A stretch of DNA of 64,000 nt, from assembly GCA_944319745.1 (NCBI GenBank), contig CALUET010000019.1:1064-65063 (forward strand), given 5' to 3'. Source of the stretch: an uncultured Phocaeicola sp. (GTDB taxonomy: Bacteria > Bacteroidota > Bacteroidia > Bacteroidales > Bacteroidaceae). Shown piece after piece: positions 20,908 to 33,949 of this stretch (its first letter is position 1; each line of letters opens with the position of its first letter). The position numbers and the translations under genes were made by a program. The notes under the pieces were generated by a model, which was not told the origin of the DNA, ran no database searches, and worked only from the letters and a program-made list of their open reading frames with translations.

Positions 20908-22149
20908 TTGGAAGATAAATCAGTGAAAAATAAGCAGCGTTGCAGCTTCTGTGGGCGTACTGAAGCCGAAGTGGGCTTTTTGATTACCGGATTGAATGCA
21001 TGTATTTGCGATAGTTGTGCCGAGCAAGCCCACGAAATAATAGAAGAGGCTATGCGGCAAAAGAAGAAAACCGCCGATTTGAATCTTGATGAATTGCCGA
21101 AACCAAGAGATATAAAAGCTTTTCTCGACCAGTATGTGATTGGACAGGATGACGCGAAACGATATTTATCGGTGGCAGTATATAACCATTACAAACGGTT
21201 GTTACAGCCTGCAAGTCCTGATGATGTGGAGATTGAAAAATCGAATATTATTATGGTCGGCAGCACGGGTACGGGAAAAACCTTACTTGCACGTACCATC
21301 GCAAAGCTTTTGCATGTGCCTTTTACCATCGTGGATGCAACGGTTCTGACGGAAGCCGGGTATGTGGGCGAGGATATTGAAAGTATTCTGACTCGTCTTT
21401 TGCAGGTAGCTGACTATAATGTAGCAGATGCGGAACGCGGCATTGTGTTTATAGACGAGATAGATAAAATAGCAAGAAAAGGCGATAATCCGTCGATTAC
21501 GCGTGACGTTAGCGGTGAAGGAGTACAGCAAGGCTTGCTGAAGTTGCTGGAAGGTTCGGTCGTAAACGTACCGCCTCAGGGAGGACGTAAGCATCCGGAG
21601 CAGAAAATGATTCCGGTAAATACAAAAAATATACTGTTTATTTGCGGAGGAGCTTTCGATGGTATAGAGCGAAAAATAGCTCAGAGGTTGAATGCGAATG
21701 TCGTAGGTTATGGTGCGGTAAAGGAAACGGTAAAAATAGACCGTAGTAATCTGATGCAATATATTGCACCGCAAGATCTGAAAGCATTCGGTCTGATCCC
21801 GGAAATAATAGGTCGTTTACCTATTTTGACCTACTTGAATCCTTTGGATCGTGCTGCTTTGCGGAGGATTCTTACCGAACCGAAGAATTCGATAATCAAG
21901 CAGTATGTCAAACTTTTTGAGATGGATGGGGTAAAATTAACCTTTCAGCCAGAGGTATTTGAGTATATCGTTGATAAAGCGATAGAGTACAAGTTGGGAG
22001 CTCGCGGCTTGCGTTCTATTGTAGAGGCGATAATGATTGATACCATGTTTGAGCTGCCTTCGAGTGAAACAAAATCATTTACTGTGACACTCGATTTTGC
22101 AAAAAAACAAATGGAAAAGGTCAATTTCTCTCGTTTGCAATTGGCTTGA
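20908..22149 (+). CDS. clpX: Clp protease ATP-binding subunit
   Basis: CSFCG zinc finger, [28 protein letters not shown]. Confidence 0.96.
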   Translation: MEDKSVKNKQRCSFCGRTEAEVGFLITGLNACICDSCAEQAHEIIEEAMRQKKKTADLNLDELPKPRDIKAFLDQYVIGQDDAKRYLSVAVYNHYKRLLQPASPDDVEIEKSNIIMVGSTGTGKTLLARTIAKLLHVPFTIVDATVLTEAGYVGEDIESILTRLLQVADYNVADAERGIVFIDEIDKIARKGDNPSITRDVSGEGVQQGLLKLLEGSVVNVPPQGGRKHPEQKMIPVNTKNILFICGGAFDGIERKIAQRLNANVVGYGAVKETVKIDRSNLMQYIAPQDLKAFGLIPEIIGRLPILTYLNPLDRAALRRILTEPKNSIIKQYVKLFEMDGVKLTFQPEVFEYIVDKAIEYKLGARGLRSIVEAIMIDTMFELPSSETKSFTVTLDFAKKQMEKVNFSRLQLA

Positions 22150-22283
22150 TCTAAAAATAAGAGAGTAATTATAGCAATCTTTGGTAAAATATTTTTCGAG
22201 AAATAGTGTGTAATATCGAAAGTTGTTTTTAACTTTGTTTGGAATGGGATAATTCTTAGATTAAAAAGATAAAGAGGAGCGAA

Positions 22284-24464
22284 ATGACAGAGAATATTAA
22301 TTTGACGGAACAATTGAAGAAGTATTTTGGCTTTAGTACTTTCAAAGGTAATCAAGAAGCTATCATTCGTAATTTGCTCGCCGGGAAAGATACATTTGTT
22401 CTAATGCCTACGGGCGGAGGAAAGTCTTTGTGCTATCAATTGCCTTCCTTGCTTATGGAAGGAACCGCTATTGTCATATCGCCGTTGATTGCTTTGATGA
22501 AGAATCAGGTCGATATAATGCGAAATTTCAGTGAAGAGGATGGAATTGCGCATTTCATCAATTCTTCACTTTCAAAGTCTGCTATTGATCAGGTCAAATC
22601 GGACATTCTTCAAGGCAAGACGAAACTGTTGTATGTCGCTCCCGAGTCTTTAACCAAAGAAGAGAATATTACATTCTTAAGGCAGGTGAAAATTTCTTTC
22701 TACGCTGTAGATGAAGCACATTGTATTTCGGAATGGGGACATGATTTCCGCCCGGAATATCGCAGAATTCGTCCGATTATAGAGGACATAGGAAAAGCAC
22801 CGGTTATTGCATTGACCGCGACTGCAACGCCTAAAGTCAAGATGGATATTCAGAAAAATCTGGGAATGACGGATGCAGTGGAGTTTAAATCTTCATTCAA
22901 TCGCCCCAACTTATATTATGAAGTACGCGCAAAAACAGCAAATGTAGACCGCGACATATATAAATTTATAAACCAGAATAGAGGCAAATCGGGCATAATT
23001 TATTGCTTGAGCAGAAAGAAGGTAGAAGAACTAACCGAGTTCCTTTTGGCCAATGGAATTAAGGCTCGTGCTTATCATGCCGGCATGGATTCAGCAACGC
23101 GTAATGCCAATCAAGATGCTTTCTTGAAAGAAGAGATTGATATTATAGTGGCAACCATTGCATTTGGTATGGGAATTGACAAGCCTGATGTGCGGTTTGT
23201 TATTCATTATGATGTGCCGAAAAGTTTGGAAGGATACTATCAGGAAACCGGAAGAGCGGGGCGTGATGGTGGAGAAGGACAGTGTATTACGTTTTATTCC
23301 AATAAGGATTTGCAAAAGCTGGAGAAGTTTATGCAAGGGAAACCTGTATCTGAGCAAGAAATAGGGAAGCAATTGCTGTTGGAGACGGCTGCTTATGTAG
23401 AATCATCGGTTTGTCGTAGAAAGATTTTATTGCATTATTTCGGAGAAGAATATACTGAAGATAATTGTGGAAATTGTGATAATTGTTTAAATCCGAAGAA
23501 ACAAGTGGAGGCTCAGGATTCATTGTGTGCAGTGATTGAAACGGTCATTGCTGTGAAAGAAAACTTTAAACAAGATTATATAGTAGATGTGCTTTTGGGA
23601 AAAGAAACCTCGGAGGTTCTTGCTCATGGCCATGAAAATTTAGAAGTATTTGGCTCGGGTATGGGAGAAAACGAGCGGTTTTGGAATGCCGTAATTCGTC
23701 AAGCCTTGATAGCCGGTTACTTGGGAAAAGATGTTGAAAACTATGGTTTGCTGAAAGTAACGTCGGAAGGACGTAAGTTCCTGAAGAAACCTCATTCCTT
23801 TAAAATCGTGGAAGATAACGATTTTGAGGATGAAGAAGAAGAAATCCCTTTGAGAAGTGGAGCGGCGTGTGCGGTTGATCCGGTACTTTTTGCGATGTTG
23901 AAAGACTTGCGGAAGAAGATGTCCAAGAAACTGGATGTACCGCCTTTTGTTATATTTCAAGATCCTTCTTTGGAGGCAATGGCAACGACTTATCCTATAA
24001 CACTGGAAGAATTGCAAAACATTCCGGGCGTGGGAGCCGGTAAAGCGAAACGTTACGGCGAGGAGTTCTGCAAGTTGATAAAAACACACTGCGAAGAAAA
24101 TGAAATAGAACGTCTGGAAGATTTGAGAGTCCGTACAGTGGCCAATAAGTCGAAGCTGAAAGTTTCCATCATACAAAGCATTGATAGAAAAGTTGCTTTC
24201 GAAGATATTGCAAAAGTATGGGGGCTTGAAGATGACGAGTTGCTGGATGAAATTGAGGCGATCGTGTATTCCGGAACAAAATTAAACATTGATTATTGTC
24301 TGGATGAGAGAATGGATGCAGATCATGTGCAGGACATTTATGATTATTTTATGGAATCTACCACCGATAGTATCAATGATGCGATGGAAGAGTTAGGCCC
24401 TGATTATACGGAAGAAGAAATTCGTTTGGTACGGATAAAGTTTATTTCGGAAATGGGAAATTAA
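22284..24464 (+). CDS. recQ: ATP-dependent DNA helicase RecQ
   Basis: MPTGGGKS, VDEAHC, YYQETGRAGRDG, RQC cysteines, HRDC. Confidence 0.95.
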   Translation: MTENINLTEQLKKYFGFSTFKGNQEAIIRNLLAGKDTFVLMPTGGGKSLCYQLPSLLMEGTAIVISPLIALMKNQVDIMRNFSEEDGIAHFINSSLSKSAIDQVKSDILQGKTKLLYVAPESLTKEENITFLRQVKISFYAVDEAHCISEWGHDFRPEYRRIRPIIEDIGKAPVIALTATATPKVKMDIQKNLGMTDAVEFKSSFNRPNLYYEVRAKTANVDRDIYKFINQNRGKSGIIYCLSRKKVEELTEFLLANGIKARAYHAGMDSATRNANQDAFLKEEIDIIVATIAFGMGIDKPDVRFVIHYDVPKSLEGYYQETGRAGRDGGEGQCITFYSNKDLQKLEKFMQGKPVSEQEIGKQLLLETAAYVESSVCRRKILLHYFGEEYTEDNCGNCDNCLNPKKQVEAQDSLCAVIETVIAVKENFKQDYIVDVLLGKETSEVLAHGHENLEVFGSGMGENERFWNAVIRQALIAGYLGKDVENYGLLKVTSEGRKFLKKPHSFKIVEDNDFEDEEEEIPLRSGAACAVDPVLFAMLKDLRKKMSKKLDVPPFVIFQDPSLEAMATTYPITLEELQNIPGVGAGKAKRYGEEFCKLIKTHCEENEIERLEDLRVRTVANKSKLKVSIIQSIDRKVAFEDIAKVWGLEDDELLDEIEAIVYSGTKLNIDYCLDERMDADHVQDIYDYFMESTTDSINDAMEELGPDYTEEEIRLVRIKFISEMGN

Positions 24465-24496
24465 ATCGTTACTTGGATATTATATTATGTTTTACA

Positions 24497-24530
24497 AAAA
24501 GGCCTCCCGTGCGCGGGAGGCCTTTTCTTT
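24497..24530 (+). terminator. Intrinsic terminator after recQ
   Basis: AAAAGGCCTCCCG-tgcg-CGGGAGGCCTTTT plus T-run. Confidence 0.8.
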
Positions 24531-24696
24531 ATGTTCGATTTTAAACGCCGAAGTGTTTTGTGGAAAAAAACGGTGTAAAACCAAGAAAAGATGGAGGCCA
24601 GTGAGGGAAACAAATGCGATAAAGCAGCGAATTTTCCATAAAAGATGTTTTTCATTTTCATTGTTAGATAAAAAAACGTATATTTGCATGCAATAA

Positions 24697-26193
<1,497 letters not shown>

Positions 26194-26307
26194 AGGATAA
26201 ATATCGGAATTTTTCTATTCTTTAAATAGAAACACGAATTACAGTTACGGATTCTGCTTCGGAACGTGAATGTAATTCGTGTTTTGTGTTATATAAAATA
26301 TCGTGCG

Positions 26308-27681
26308 ATGTTTAAGCGAATTTTGTTTTTGTTGTGTAGTCTGTGGCATGTCATTGGGACTTTTGCCGCCGGGGATAACCGGGTTTTGCTGTGGATTGGT
26401 GATGAAAAGATTACCGCAAACGAATTTGCATATTATTATGGCAAATATGCAGAATCGTGTGATACGCCGGTTTCTGTCGAGGCATATTGTGAGCGCTTCA
26501 TCGATTTTAAATTGAAGGCTGCCGATGCGCGTATGCACGGATGGGATACTTTGCCAGATTTCAGACGTTATGGTGAAATGCTTCAGCGGAAAGCTTTAGA
26601 ATCTTGTCTTATGCAATTATCCCAGATCGACTCGTGTTATGTCGCATGGCGCCGCAGCAGTGTGAAATATGTTCCCGCAGATGGATGGGTAAAAATGCGT
26701 TCCATTACCTTTCCGTTGTCGTCTTCTGCCACAACGAAAGAAGAAACCGATGCTTTTTGCTTCATGAAAACCGTAAGCGATTCGTTGAAGCAAGGCGCAT
26801 CGTTCGACAGCCTTGCCTTGCGTTATGGAATTGAACGGGAAAAACATCAGGTCGGGAAGGCCCTTTCGTGGAGGTCTGTGGACGAAATGTTGCAAGAATT
26901 TTCCGATAATCTTTCCCGGCTTGAAGTGGGACAAATATCCGAACCGTTTGTTTCTCCCTTGGGTATTCATGTCATTCAACTTGTCGGGCGGAAAGACAGT
27001 CTGTCGGAGACAGAGATGTATGCCCTGTTCCCTTTTTGTATGGAGCGGCAGAAAATGGCATTTTTCCGCGACGATGCCCCTGATGTAAAACAATTCATCG
27101 GCAGTTATTCGGGCAGCTTCCGGCAAAAGGAAATGGAAGAAGGTCTGTTGGTCGCACATTGGGATGCGGAAGAATCGGAGCGTTTGTCGCAACCCGTTCC
27201 GTCGGAATATTTGAAGAAGTATTTCAATGAACACAAAAAAGAGTATGTTTGGGAATTCCCTCATTTTAAGGGAGGGATAATACACTGTCTCAGCAAGAGA
27301 AACGCTTCGAAAATTAAGAAAAAGTTACGGAAACTTCCTATGGAAGAATGGCAGGATTTGTTGGAAAGCCTGGCAGAAAATGATGAAACATATCGTTGTG
27401 AGGTGGAAATCGGTTTGTTCCGTATCGGAGAGAATCCCTATGTTGATAAACTCGCATTTAAATGCGGTGAGCTTCCTGACGGCGGAAAGTTTCCTTATTC
27501 TTTCGTGCTTGGGAAGCGTTTAAACAAAGCTCCCGAAACATACACCGATGTGCTTGAGCAGGTGACGGCCGATTACCGTCTTGCACAAAGCTGGGAGCGG
27601 TTGAAACAGTTGCGCGGGAAAATAGGTGTCAAAATCGATGAGAGCGTTTTAAAAACAGTTAATTGTAGCGGAAATAAATAA
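26308..27681 (+). CDS. PpiC/parvulin-type peptidylprolyl isomerase (secreted)
   Basis: Signal peptide; FDSLALRY, VGQISEPFVSPLGIHVIQL rotamase motif; conserved guaB-downstream position. Start set at MFKRILF. Confidence 0.75.
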   Translation: MFKRILFLLCSLWHVIGTFAAGDNRVLLWIGDEKITANEFAYYYGKYAESCDTPVSVEAYCERFIDFKLKAADARMHGWDTLPDFRRYGEMLQRKALESCLMQLSQIDSCYVAWRRSSVKYVPADGWVKMRSITFPLSSSATTKEETDAFCFMKTVSDSLKQGASFDSLALRYGIEREKHQVGKALSWRSVDEMLQEFSDNLSRLEVGQISEPFVSPLGIHVIQLVGRKDSLSETEMYALFPFCMERQKMAFFRDDAPDVKQFIGSYSGSFRQKEMEEGLLVAHWDAEESERLSQPVPSEYLKKYFNEHKKEYVWEFPHFKGGIIHCLSKRNASKIKKKLRKLPMEEWQDLLESLAENDETYRCEVEIGLFRIGENPYVDKLAFKCGELPDGGKFPYSFVLGKRLNKAPETYTDVLEQVTADYRLAQSWERLKQLRGKIGVKIDESVLKTVNCSGNK

Positions 27682-27724
27682 ATTATAGTGTATCTTCGTT
27701 CGCTGATTCTATTCAAAAATACGA

Positions 27725-28570
27725 ATGGTAATACGGAATGTAATATTAGGGGGGATGTTGTTTCTTGCGGGATGCAGTCAGGGTGTCGACCATAAAGGGA
27801 AAACTCCTTTGGCAGAAATCGGGCAAAGCTTTTTGTATAAAGAGGATTTGCAAGCAGATATGCCGGCCGGTATTTCGGGGGAAGACAGCATACGTTTCGT
27901 GAATGAATACATACGGAATTGGGCCGAGGATGAACTGTTATACCGAAAGGCTGAGGGAAACATCCCCGATGATGTGTCGGTCGATGAGCTGGTTGCATCA
28001 TATCGCCGCTCTCTTATTCTGCATATTTACCAGGAAGAGCTGGTAAATCAGAAGTTGGGCAATACGGTTTCTGCCGAGGAAATAGAACAATATTACAGTC
28101 AGAATTCCGAATTGTTTCGTGCCGATCAGCCTTACATCAGGGGATTGTTTATAAAAGTGCCGGTAAACGTTCCGAAAATAGGGAATGTTCGTGTCTGGTA
28201 TAAGAAGAATTCGCAGGAGGCTATCGATATGTTGGAAAAATTCAGTATCGGGAATGCCGTCCATTATGAATATTTTTATGACCGATGGCTGCCTGTTTCC
28301 GACTTTTCGGCCAAGATACCTCTCAAGGCAATAGACAGTGATTTCGATTATTTAAACCGAAATCGTAATGTGGAGGTGAAGGACAGTGCATACTGTTATT
28401 TCCTTCATGTGGAAAATTTCCTCCCGAAAGATGAGCAATTGCCCTTGGAATATGCGGAAAAAGAAATAAAAGAAATACTAATCAATCTGAAGCGTGTGGA
28501 GTTTATCAAGCAGGTGAAGAAAGATTTATATGATGAAGCTTCAGAACATAACGATATAATTTATTATTAA
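27725..28570 (+). CDS. Conserved lipoprotein of the PPIase/SurA cluster
   Basis: Lipobox LAGC; located between two PPIase genes as in other Bacteroidales. Confidence 0.7.
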   Translation: MVIRNVILGGMLFLAGCSQGVDHKGKTPLAEIGQSFLYKEDLQADMPAGISGEDSIRFVNEYIRNWAEDELLYRKAEGNIPDDVSVDELVASYRRSLILHIYQEELVNQKLGNTVSAEEIEQYYSQNSELFRADQPYIRGLFIKVPVNVPKIGNVRVWYKKNSQEAIDMLEKFSIGNAVHYEYFYDRWLPVSDFSAKIPLKAIDSDFDYLNRNRNVEVKDSAYCYFLHVENFLPKDEQLPLEYAEKEIKEILINLKRVEFIKQVKKDLYDEASEHNDIIYY

Positions 28571-28579
28571 AACATTGCA

Positions 28580-29953
28580 ATGGATAAGTGTAAATTTCTA
28601 AAAGTTAGTGTATGCCTGTTGTTGTTCGGGATGAATATTGCTGCCCATGCCCAGGATAATGTTATCGACGAAGTTGTATGGGTTGTGGGAGATGAGGCTA
28701 TATTCAAGTCGGATGTGGAGAATGAGCGTCTGCATGCTCAATATGAAAACCGCCATTTCGATGGAGATCCTTATTGCGTGATACCGGAAGAACTGGCCGT
28801 ACAAAAACTTTTTTTGCATCAAGCCGAAATCGATAGTGTGGAGGTGTCCGATCAGGAAGTCCTGCAGCGGGTGGAAGATTATGCCGCATATCTGATTGAA
28901 CAGATCGGCTCGAAGGAGAAAATGGAGGAGTACTATGAAAAAAGTTTTACTCAAATCCGTGAGCAACTCCGCGAAAATCAGCGCAATTTGCTGACCGTAA
29001 AAGAAGTACAAAAAAACATTGTTGGCGATATACAACTGACACCTTCCGAGGTACGTAACTATTTCAGCAAACTGCCTTCCGACAGTATTCCTTTTATCCC
29101 CACGCAGGTGGAAGTGCAAATCATTACGCAAGAGCCTAAAGTCTCTCCGGAAGAGATAGAACGTGTAAAGGCTACTTTGCGTGACTATACCGAGCGAATC
29201 AATAAAGGAGAAACCTCATTTTCTACCTTGGCACGCCTTTATTCGGAAGATCCGGGCTCGGCGCGGCAGGGAGGTGAATACCCCTTTATGGAAAGAGGAA
29301 GACTCATTCCTGAGTTTGCGAATGTGGTATTTAATCTGACGGATCCGAATAAAATTTCGAAAGTATTTGAAACGGAATACGGTTTTCATATCGCACAGTT
29401 GATAGAAAAACGAGGTAACCGTGTAAGTTACCGCCATATCTTGTTGAAACCGAAAGTGGATGAAGCGGAAGTAGACAGTGCTCTAAACCGCCTTGACTCG
29501 TTGGCCAATGACATACGGAAGGGAAAGATTTCTTTCGACGAAGCCGCTATGTGGGTGTCACAAGACAAGGATACTCGTAATAATCACGGCTTGTTAGCCA
29601 ATCCTCAAACCAGTACTTCCCGTTTTGAAATGTCGGATTTGTCTTATTTGATCTCGCAAGAGGTGGCAAAAGTTGTAGAAGGTTTGCAGATAGGAGAAGT
29701 ATCTCAGCCGTTTACGATGATTAATTCCAAAGGGAAAGAAGTCTGTGCAATTGTTAAGTTGAAGAATCGTATTGACGGACATAAGGCAACGATAACAGAA
29801 GATTATCAGCGGCTGAAAGACATCGTTACTCAAAAACGTGAGCAAGAGAAGCTGCATAAGTGGATATTGGACAAGCAGAGAACAACGTATGTGCGGATAA
29901 ATCCGAAGTGGCGGAACTGCGATTTCAAGTATCCGGGATGGATTAAGAACTAA
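28580..29953 (+). CDS. SurA-like peptidylprolyl isomerase
   Basis: IDEVVWVVGDE SurA N-terminus; FSTLARLYSEDPGSARQGG, ETEYGFHI rotamase domains. Confidence 0.88.
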   Translation: MDKCKFLKVSVCLLLFGMNIAAHAQDNVIDEVVWVVGDEAIFKSDVENERLHAQYENRHFDGDPYCVIPEELAVQKLFLHQAEIDSVEVSDQEVLQRVEDYAAYLIEQIGSKEKMEEYYEKSFTQIREQLRENQRNLLTVKEVQKNIVGDIQLTPSEVRNYFSKLPSDSIPFIPTQVEVQIITQEPKVSPEEIERVKATLRDYTERINKGETSFSTLARLYSEDPGSARQGGEYPFMERGRLIPEFANVVFNLTDPNKISKVFETEYGFHIAQLIEKRGNRVSYRHILLKPKVDEAEVDSALNRLDSLANDIRKGKISFDEAAMWVSQDKDTRNNHGLLANPQTSTSRFEMSDLSYLISQEVAKVVEGLQIGEVSQPFTMINSKGKEVCAIVKLKNRIDGHKATITEDYQRLKDIVTQKREQEKLHKWILDKQRTTYVRINPKWRNCDFKYPGWIKN

Positions 29954-29968
29954 AAAGAAATTCGGGGT

Positions 29969-31627
29969 TTGAGTTTTATGTCCGCGAAAAAGAGAGGAAA
30001 ATACATCTGCAGCAGGCATAAGATATTTTTAGCAAGTATCTTATGTCTGTTCGGCTTTTGTTTATGGGCCCAAGAAACATCCCGTCAGAAACAGCCAAAA
30101 AGCCGGGTGTATCTGCTCCATTCCGATTTGTTGCGAAAGGACAATCGCATACCTGACGCGCAGGTCGTGGTGGGAAATGTCGTTTTCCGTCACGATAGTG
30201 TTTATATGTATTGCGACAGCGCATACTATTATGATAAGCTAAGTTCTTTCGAAGCTTTTAGTAATGTTCGCATGGAACAGGGAGACACATTGTTTCTTTA
30301 TGGTGATTATTTGTACTATGATAGCAACACACAAATCGCCGAAATGCGCTACAATGTGCGAATGGAGAATCGGAATACCACATTGATCACGGATAGTTTA
30401 AACTATGATCGTGTTTATAATTTGGGATATTATTTCGACGGAGGCACATTGATGGATGAACAGAATGTGCTGACATCGGAATGGGGACAGTATAATCCGG
30501 GGACGAAACAGGCCGTGTTTAACTATAATGTCGTTTTGGTCAATTCGCAGTTTACCCTGCTTTCCGATACATTATTGTATAATACTGCTACGAAGATAGC
30601 CGACATAACGGGACCTTCCGACATAGAAAGCGACAAAAATCATATTTATTCCGAAAGGGGGACTTACAATACCCAGACCGGACGTGCCCTGCTTTTTGAC
30701 CGTTCGGTGCTGACAAATGACGGAAAGCAACTGACGGGTGATACTCTTCTTTACGAAAGGGCGGATGGCATTGGGGAGGCTTTCGGGAAAATAGAGCTGA
30801 ACGATACGCTGAACAAAAACATGATGTGGGGCGATTACGGCTATTATAATGAACTGACAAAGTATGCTTTTGCCACAAAAAGGGCTGTTGCTGTTGATTA
30901 TTCGCAGGGGGACAGTTTGTTTTTGCACGGCGATACTTTGATGATCAAGACGTTCAATCTTGATACAGATTCCATGTATCGTGAGATGAGCGCCTTTCAT
31001 AAGGTGCGGTTTTACAGGACAGATTTGCAGGGAGTGGCCGACTCGTTGGTCTTTTCGTCCCTTGATAGTTGTTTAACCATGTACTATGATCCGATACTTT
31101 GGAACAAGAATCAACAACTTTTGGGCGAGAAAATATTGATATATATGAACGACAGTACCATCGATTGGGCTCATGTCATTAATCAAGCATTGTCGGTGGA
31201 GGAAGTGGATTCTGCGTTGTATAATCAGGTGACGGGCAAAGAAATGAAAGCATATTTCAAGGAAGGAGAGATGAAGAAAACGGAAGTTATCGGCTCTGTT
31301 CGGGTTGTTTATTATCCGATGGACTCGGATAGTACGTTAATCGGGATGAATGTTTCCGAAACCAGTCAGCTTGATATTTATCTGGAAAACCAGAAAGTGG
31401 AGAGGATGATCATGAGTCCCAAGTCGACAGGTACGCTTTATCCGATGGATCAAATACCAAAAGGTGCTGATAAGCTGGAAAACTTTGTGTGGTTTGATTA
31501 TATTCGTCCGATGAGTAAAAACGATATATTTGAGTGGAAGCCCAAGAGAACCGAGGACGTTTTAAAGAAAAACATTCGTGGTCCGATAGAGTTGCCTAAC
31601 CAAAACTTATTTAAAAAAGGGGGATAG
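29969..31627 (+). CDS. OstA/LptA-like beta-jellyroll protein
   Basis: GNVVFRHDSVYMYCDSA, repeated GDTL/ADSL strands. Confidence 0.8.
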   Translation: MSFMSAKKRGKYICSRHKIFLASILCLFGFCLWAQETSRQKQPKSRVYLLHSDLLRKDNRIPDAQVVVGNVVFRHDSVYMYCDSAYYYDKLSSFEAFSNVRMEQGDTLFLYGDYLYYDSNTQIAEMRYNVRMENRNTTLITDSLNYDRVYNLGYYFDGGTLMDEQNVLTSEWGQYNPGTKQAVFNYNVVLVNSQFTLLSDTLLYNTATKIADITGPSDIESDKNHIYSERGTYNTQTGRALLFDRSVLTNDGKQLTGDTLLYERADGIGEAFGKIELNDTLNKNMMWGDYGYYNELTKYAFATKRAVAVDYSQGDSLFLHGDTLMIKTFNLDTDSMYREMSAFHKVRFYRTDLQGVADSLVFSSLDSCLTMYYDPILWNKNQQLLGEKILIYMNDSTIDWAHVINQALSVEEVDSALYNQVTGKEMKAYFKEGEMKKTEVIGSVRVVYYPMDSDSTLIGMNVSETSQLDIYLENQKVERMIMSPKSTGTLYPMDQIPKGADKLENFVWFDYIRPMSKNDIFEWKPKRTEDVLKKNIRGPIELPNQNLFKKGG

Positions 31628-31630
31628 AAT

Positions 31631-31927
31631 ATGGGATTATGGTCTATGAGAAAACCGCGTTCGTATCATCATGAGTATATTTATGTGGACGAACGTAAGG
31701 AAAAACTGCAAAAGATAGAGGAAAATGCAAAGCGTGATTTAGGCATGATCCCGCCAAAAGAGTTCTCTCCTGAAGATATTCGTGGAAAATTTATAGAAGG
31801 AACTACCCATCTGAAGCGCAGAAAGGCAAGCGGACGCAAGCCACTTGCTTTTGGTACAATTTTAATTCTTCTTATCGTGTTACTTTATTTATGGCATTAT
31901 ATAGTGACTGGTGACATCACTATTTGA
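31631..31927 (+). CDS. Conserved small membrane-anchored hypothetical protein
   Basis: RKPRSYHHEYIYVDERKE N-terminus, C-terminal TM helix; tightly packed before mutL. Confidence 0.7.
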   Translation: MGLWSMRKPRSYHHEYIYVDERKEKLQKIEENAKRDLGMIPPKEFSPEDIRGKFIEGTTHLKRRKASGRKPLAFGTILILLIVLLYLWHYIVTGDITI

Positions 31928-31945
31928 TAGAAAGAGCAGGCGTTT

Positions 31946-33829
31946 ATGAGTGATATTATTCGTTTGTTGCCCGATTCAGTGGCGAATCAGATAGCTGCCG
32001 GTGAAGTGATTCAGCGTCCTGCATCGGTGGTAAAGGAATTGGTTGAGAATGCAATTGATGCCGAAGCCCGGCATATAGATGTGCTGGTTACGGATGCCGG
32101 TAAGACATGCATTCAGGTGATTGACGACGGGAAAGGCATGTCGGAAACCGATGCGCGCCTATCGTTTGAGCGTCATGCCACCTCAAAAATCCGTGAAGCA
32201 TCCGATTTGTTTGCATTGCGAACGATGGGTTTTCGCGGAGAGGCCTTGGCTTCGATAGCGGCTGTTGCTCAGGTTGAGTTGAAAACTTGTCAGGAAGACG
32301 GACAGATTGGGACGTCTATTTCCATATCCGGTTCGAAATTTGAAGGACAAGAAGCCGTGGCATGCGGTAAAGGTTGCAATTTTTGTGTGAAAAATCTGTT
32401 CTTCAATGTCCCGGCACGCCGTAAATTTTTGAAATCCAATCAAACCGAATTGAGTAACATCTTGACGGAATTTGAACGGATTGTGCTGGTAAATCCGGAT
32501 ATCGCCTTTACCTTGCGTCACAATGGAACCGAGATGTTGAACCTTCCGCCTTTGCCTCTTCGGCAGCGCATTATGGGGGTTTTCGGAAAGAAACTCAATC
32601 AAGACCTGCTTCCGTTGGAAATCAATACAACAATGGTGCGCATACATGGATTTGTGTGTAAGCCCGAAGCGGCACGAAAAAAAGGGGCGCGTCAGTTCTT
32701 TTTCGTGAACGGGCGGTACATGCGTCACCCGTATTTCCACAAAGCAATAGCCGATGCTTACGAAAACCTGATACCCGTTGGCGAACAAGTTTCCTATTTT
32801 ATTTATTTCGAAGTCGATCCGGCCAATATAGACGTGAATATTCATCCGACAAAGACCGAGATAAAATTTGAAAACGAGCAGGCTGTCTGGCAGATTCTTT
32901 CCGCTGTTGTTAAAGAAACGTTGGGACGTTTTAATGCAATTCCTTCGATCGATTTTGACACGGACGGCATGCCGGATATTCCCGTGCTGGAGACTTCTTC
33001 GTATTCTGCCGTACAACCTCCGCAGGTGACTTACGATCCTTCCTACAATCCGTTTAATGTTTCTTCTAATCAGTCGCCTTCTTCATACGATTCGTATTCG
33101 CGCAAAAAGTCAACGCGATGGGAACCTTTCTTTGACGGACTGGATAAAACGGTGAAACGGGAGGAGGACTTTTCTGAATATCCCGAGGGAGCCGGTTCTA
33201 CGGATTTCCTTCCCGGGGTAGACAAGTCGGGAACAGATGAAAAAGATCATTTTGTGTTTCATGAAATATCGGTCTCTCATTATCAGTATAAAGGCTGTTA
33301 TATATTGACGTCCGTGAAGTCGGGGTTGATGATTATAGACCAGCAGCGTGCACATACCCGCATATTATACGATCGTTACATGCGTCAGCTTGAAGACCAT
33401 CAACACGTTTCTCAACGTCTGTTGTTTCCCGATATGGTACAATTTTCGCCGTCGGAGATCCCTGTTTTAGACGAGATTTCTGACGAGCTGATGGCGCTGG
33501 GTTTCGACTTCAGTAGCTTGGGAGGAGGAGCGTATGCCATTAATGCAGTGCCTGCCGGCATAGAAGGTCTGAGGCCGGAGGCGTTGCTTACCGAGATGGT
33601 TCGTACGGCTATGGAGAAAGGGACGAAGCTGAAGGAAGAAATTCAGAGCATGCTTGCACTGTCGTTGGCTAAAGCTGCGGCAATAGTCCCGGGACAGGTC
33701 CTGACAAACGATGAAATGAATAACCTGGTGGATGAGTTGTTTGCTTTGCCTACGCCTAATTATACACCCGATGGGAAAACGGTTCTTGCCGTGTTGAAAG
33801 ACAATGAAATTGAGAAACTATTTCACTAA
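31946..33829 (+). CDS. mutL: DNA mismatch repair protein MutL
   Basis: [38 protein letters not shown]. Confidence 0.96.
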   Translation: MSDIIRLLPDSVANQIAAGEVIQRPASVVKELVENAIDAEARHIDVLVTDAGKTCIQVIDDGKGMSETDARLSFERHATSKIREASDLFALRTMGFRGEALASIAAVAQVELKTCQEDGQIGTSISISGSKFEGQEAVACGKGCNFCVKNLFFNVPARRKFLKSNQTELSNILTEFERIVLVNPDIAFTLRHNGTEMLNLPPLPLRQRIMGVFGKKLNQDLLPLEINTTMVRIHGFVCKPEAARKKGARQFFFVNGRYMRHPYFHKAIADAYENLIPVGEQVSYFIYFEVDPANIDVNIHPTKTEIKFENEQAVWQILSAVVKETLGRFNAIPSIDFDTDGMPDIPVLETSSYSAVQPPQVTYDPSYNPFNVSSNQSPSSYDSYSRKKSTRWEPFFDGLDKTVKREEDFSEYPEGAGSTDFLPGVDKSGTDEKDHFVFHEISVSHYQYKGCYILTSVKSGLMIIDQQRAHTRILYDRYMRQLEDHQHVSQRLLFPDMVQFSPSEIPVLDEISDELMALGFDFSSLGGGAYAINAVPAGIEGLRPEALLTEMVRTAMEKGTKLKEEIQSMLALSLAKAAAIVPGQVLTNDEMNNLVDELFALPTPNYTPDGKTVLAVLKDNEIEKLFH

Positions 33830-33937
33830 ATATGCAACTTTTATGCAGCCGTATCGGATGCTCTTGACATATATCATGAAAATATTCATTTTTTATAAAA
33901 AGGAATTGCAGTATATTGCACGAAAAAGAAAAGGCTG

Positions 33938-33945
33938 TATCTTTG
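33938..33945 (+). promoter_or_regulatory. -7 promoter element TATCTTTG (ATTG about 19 bp upstream) with no ORF directly downstream
   Basis: Matches the Bacteroidetes sigma70 consensus; the next CDS is 450 bp away, behind a terminator. Confidence 0.65.
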
Positions 33946-33949
33946 CATT

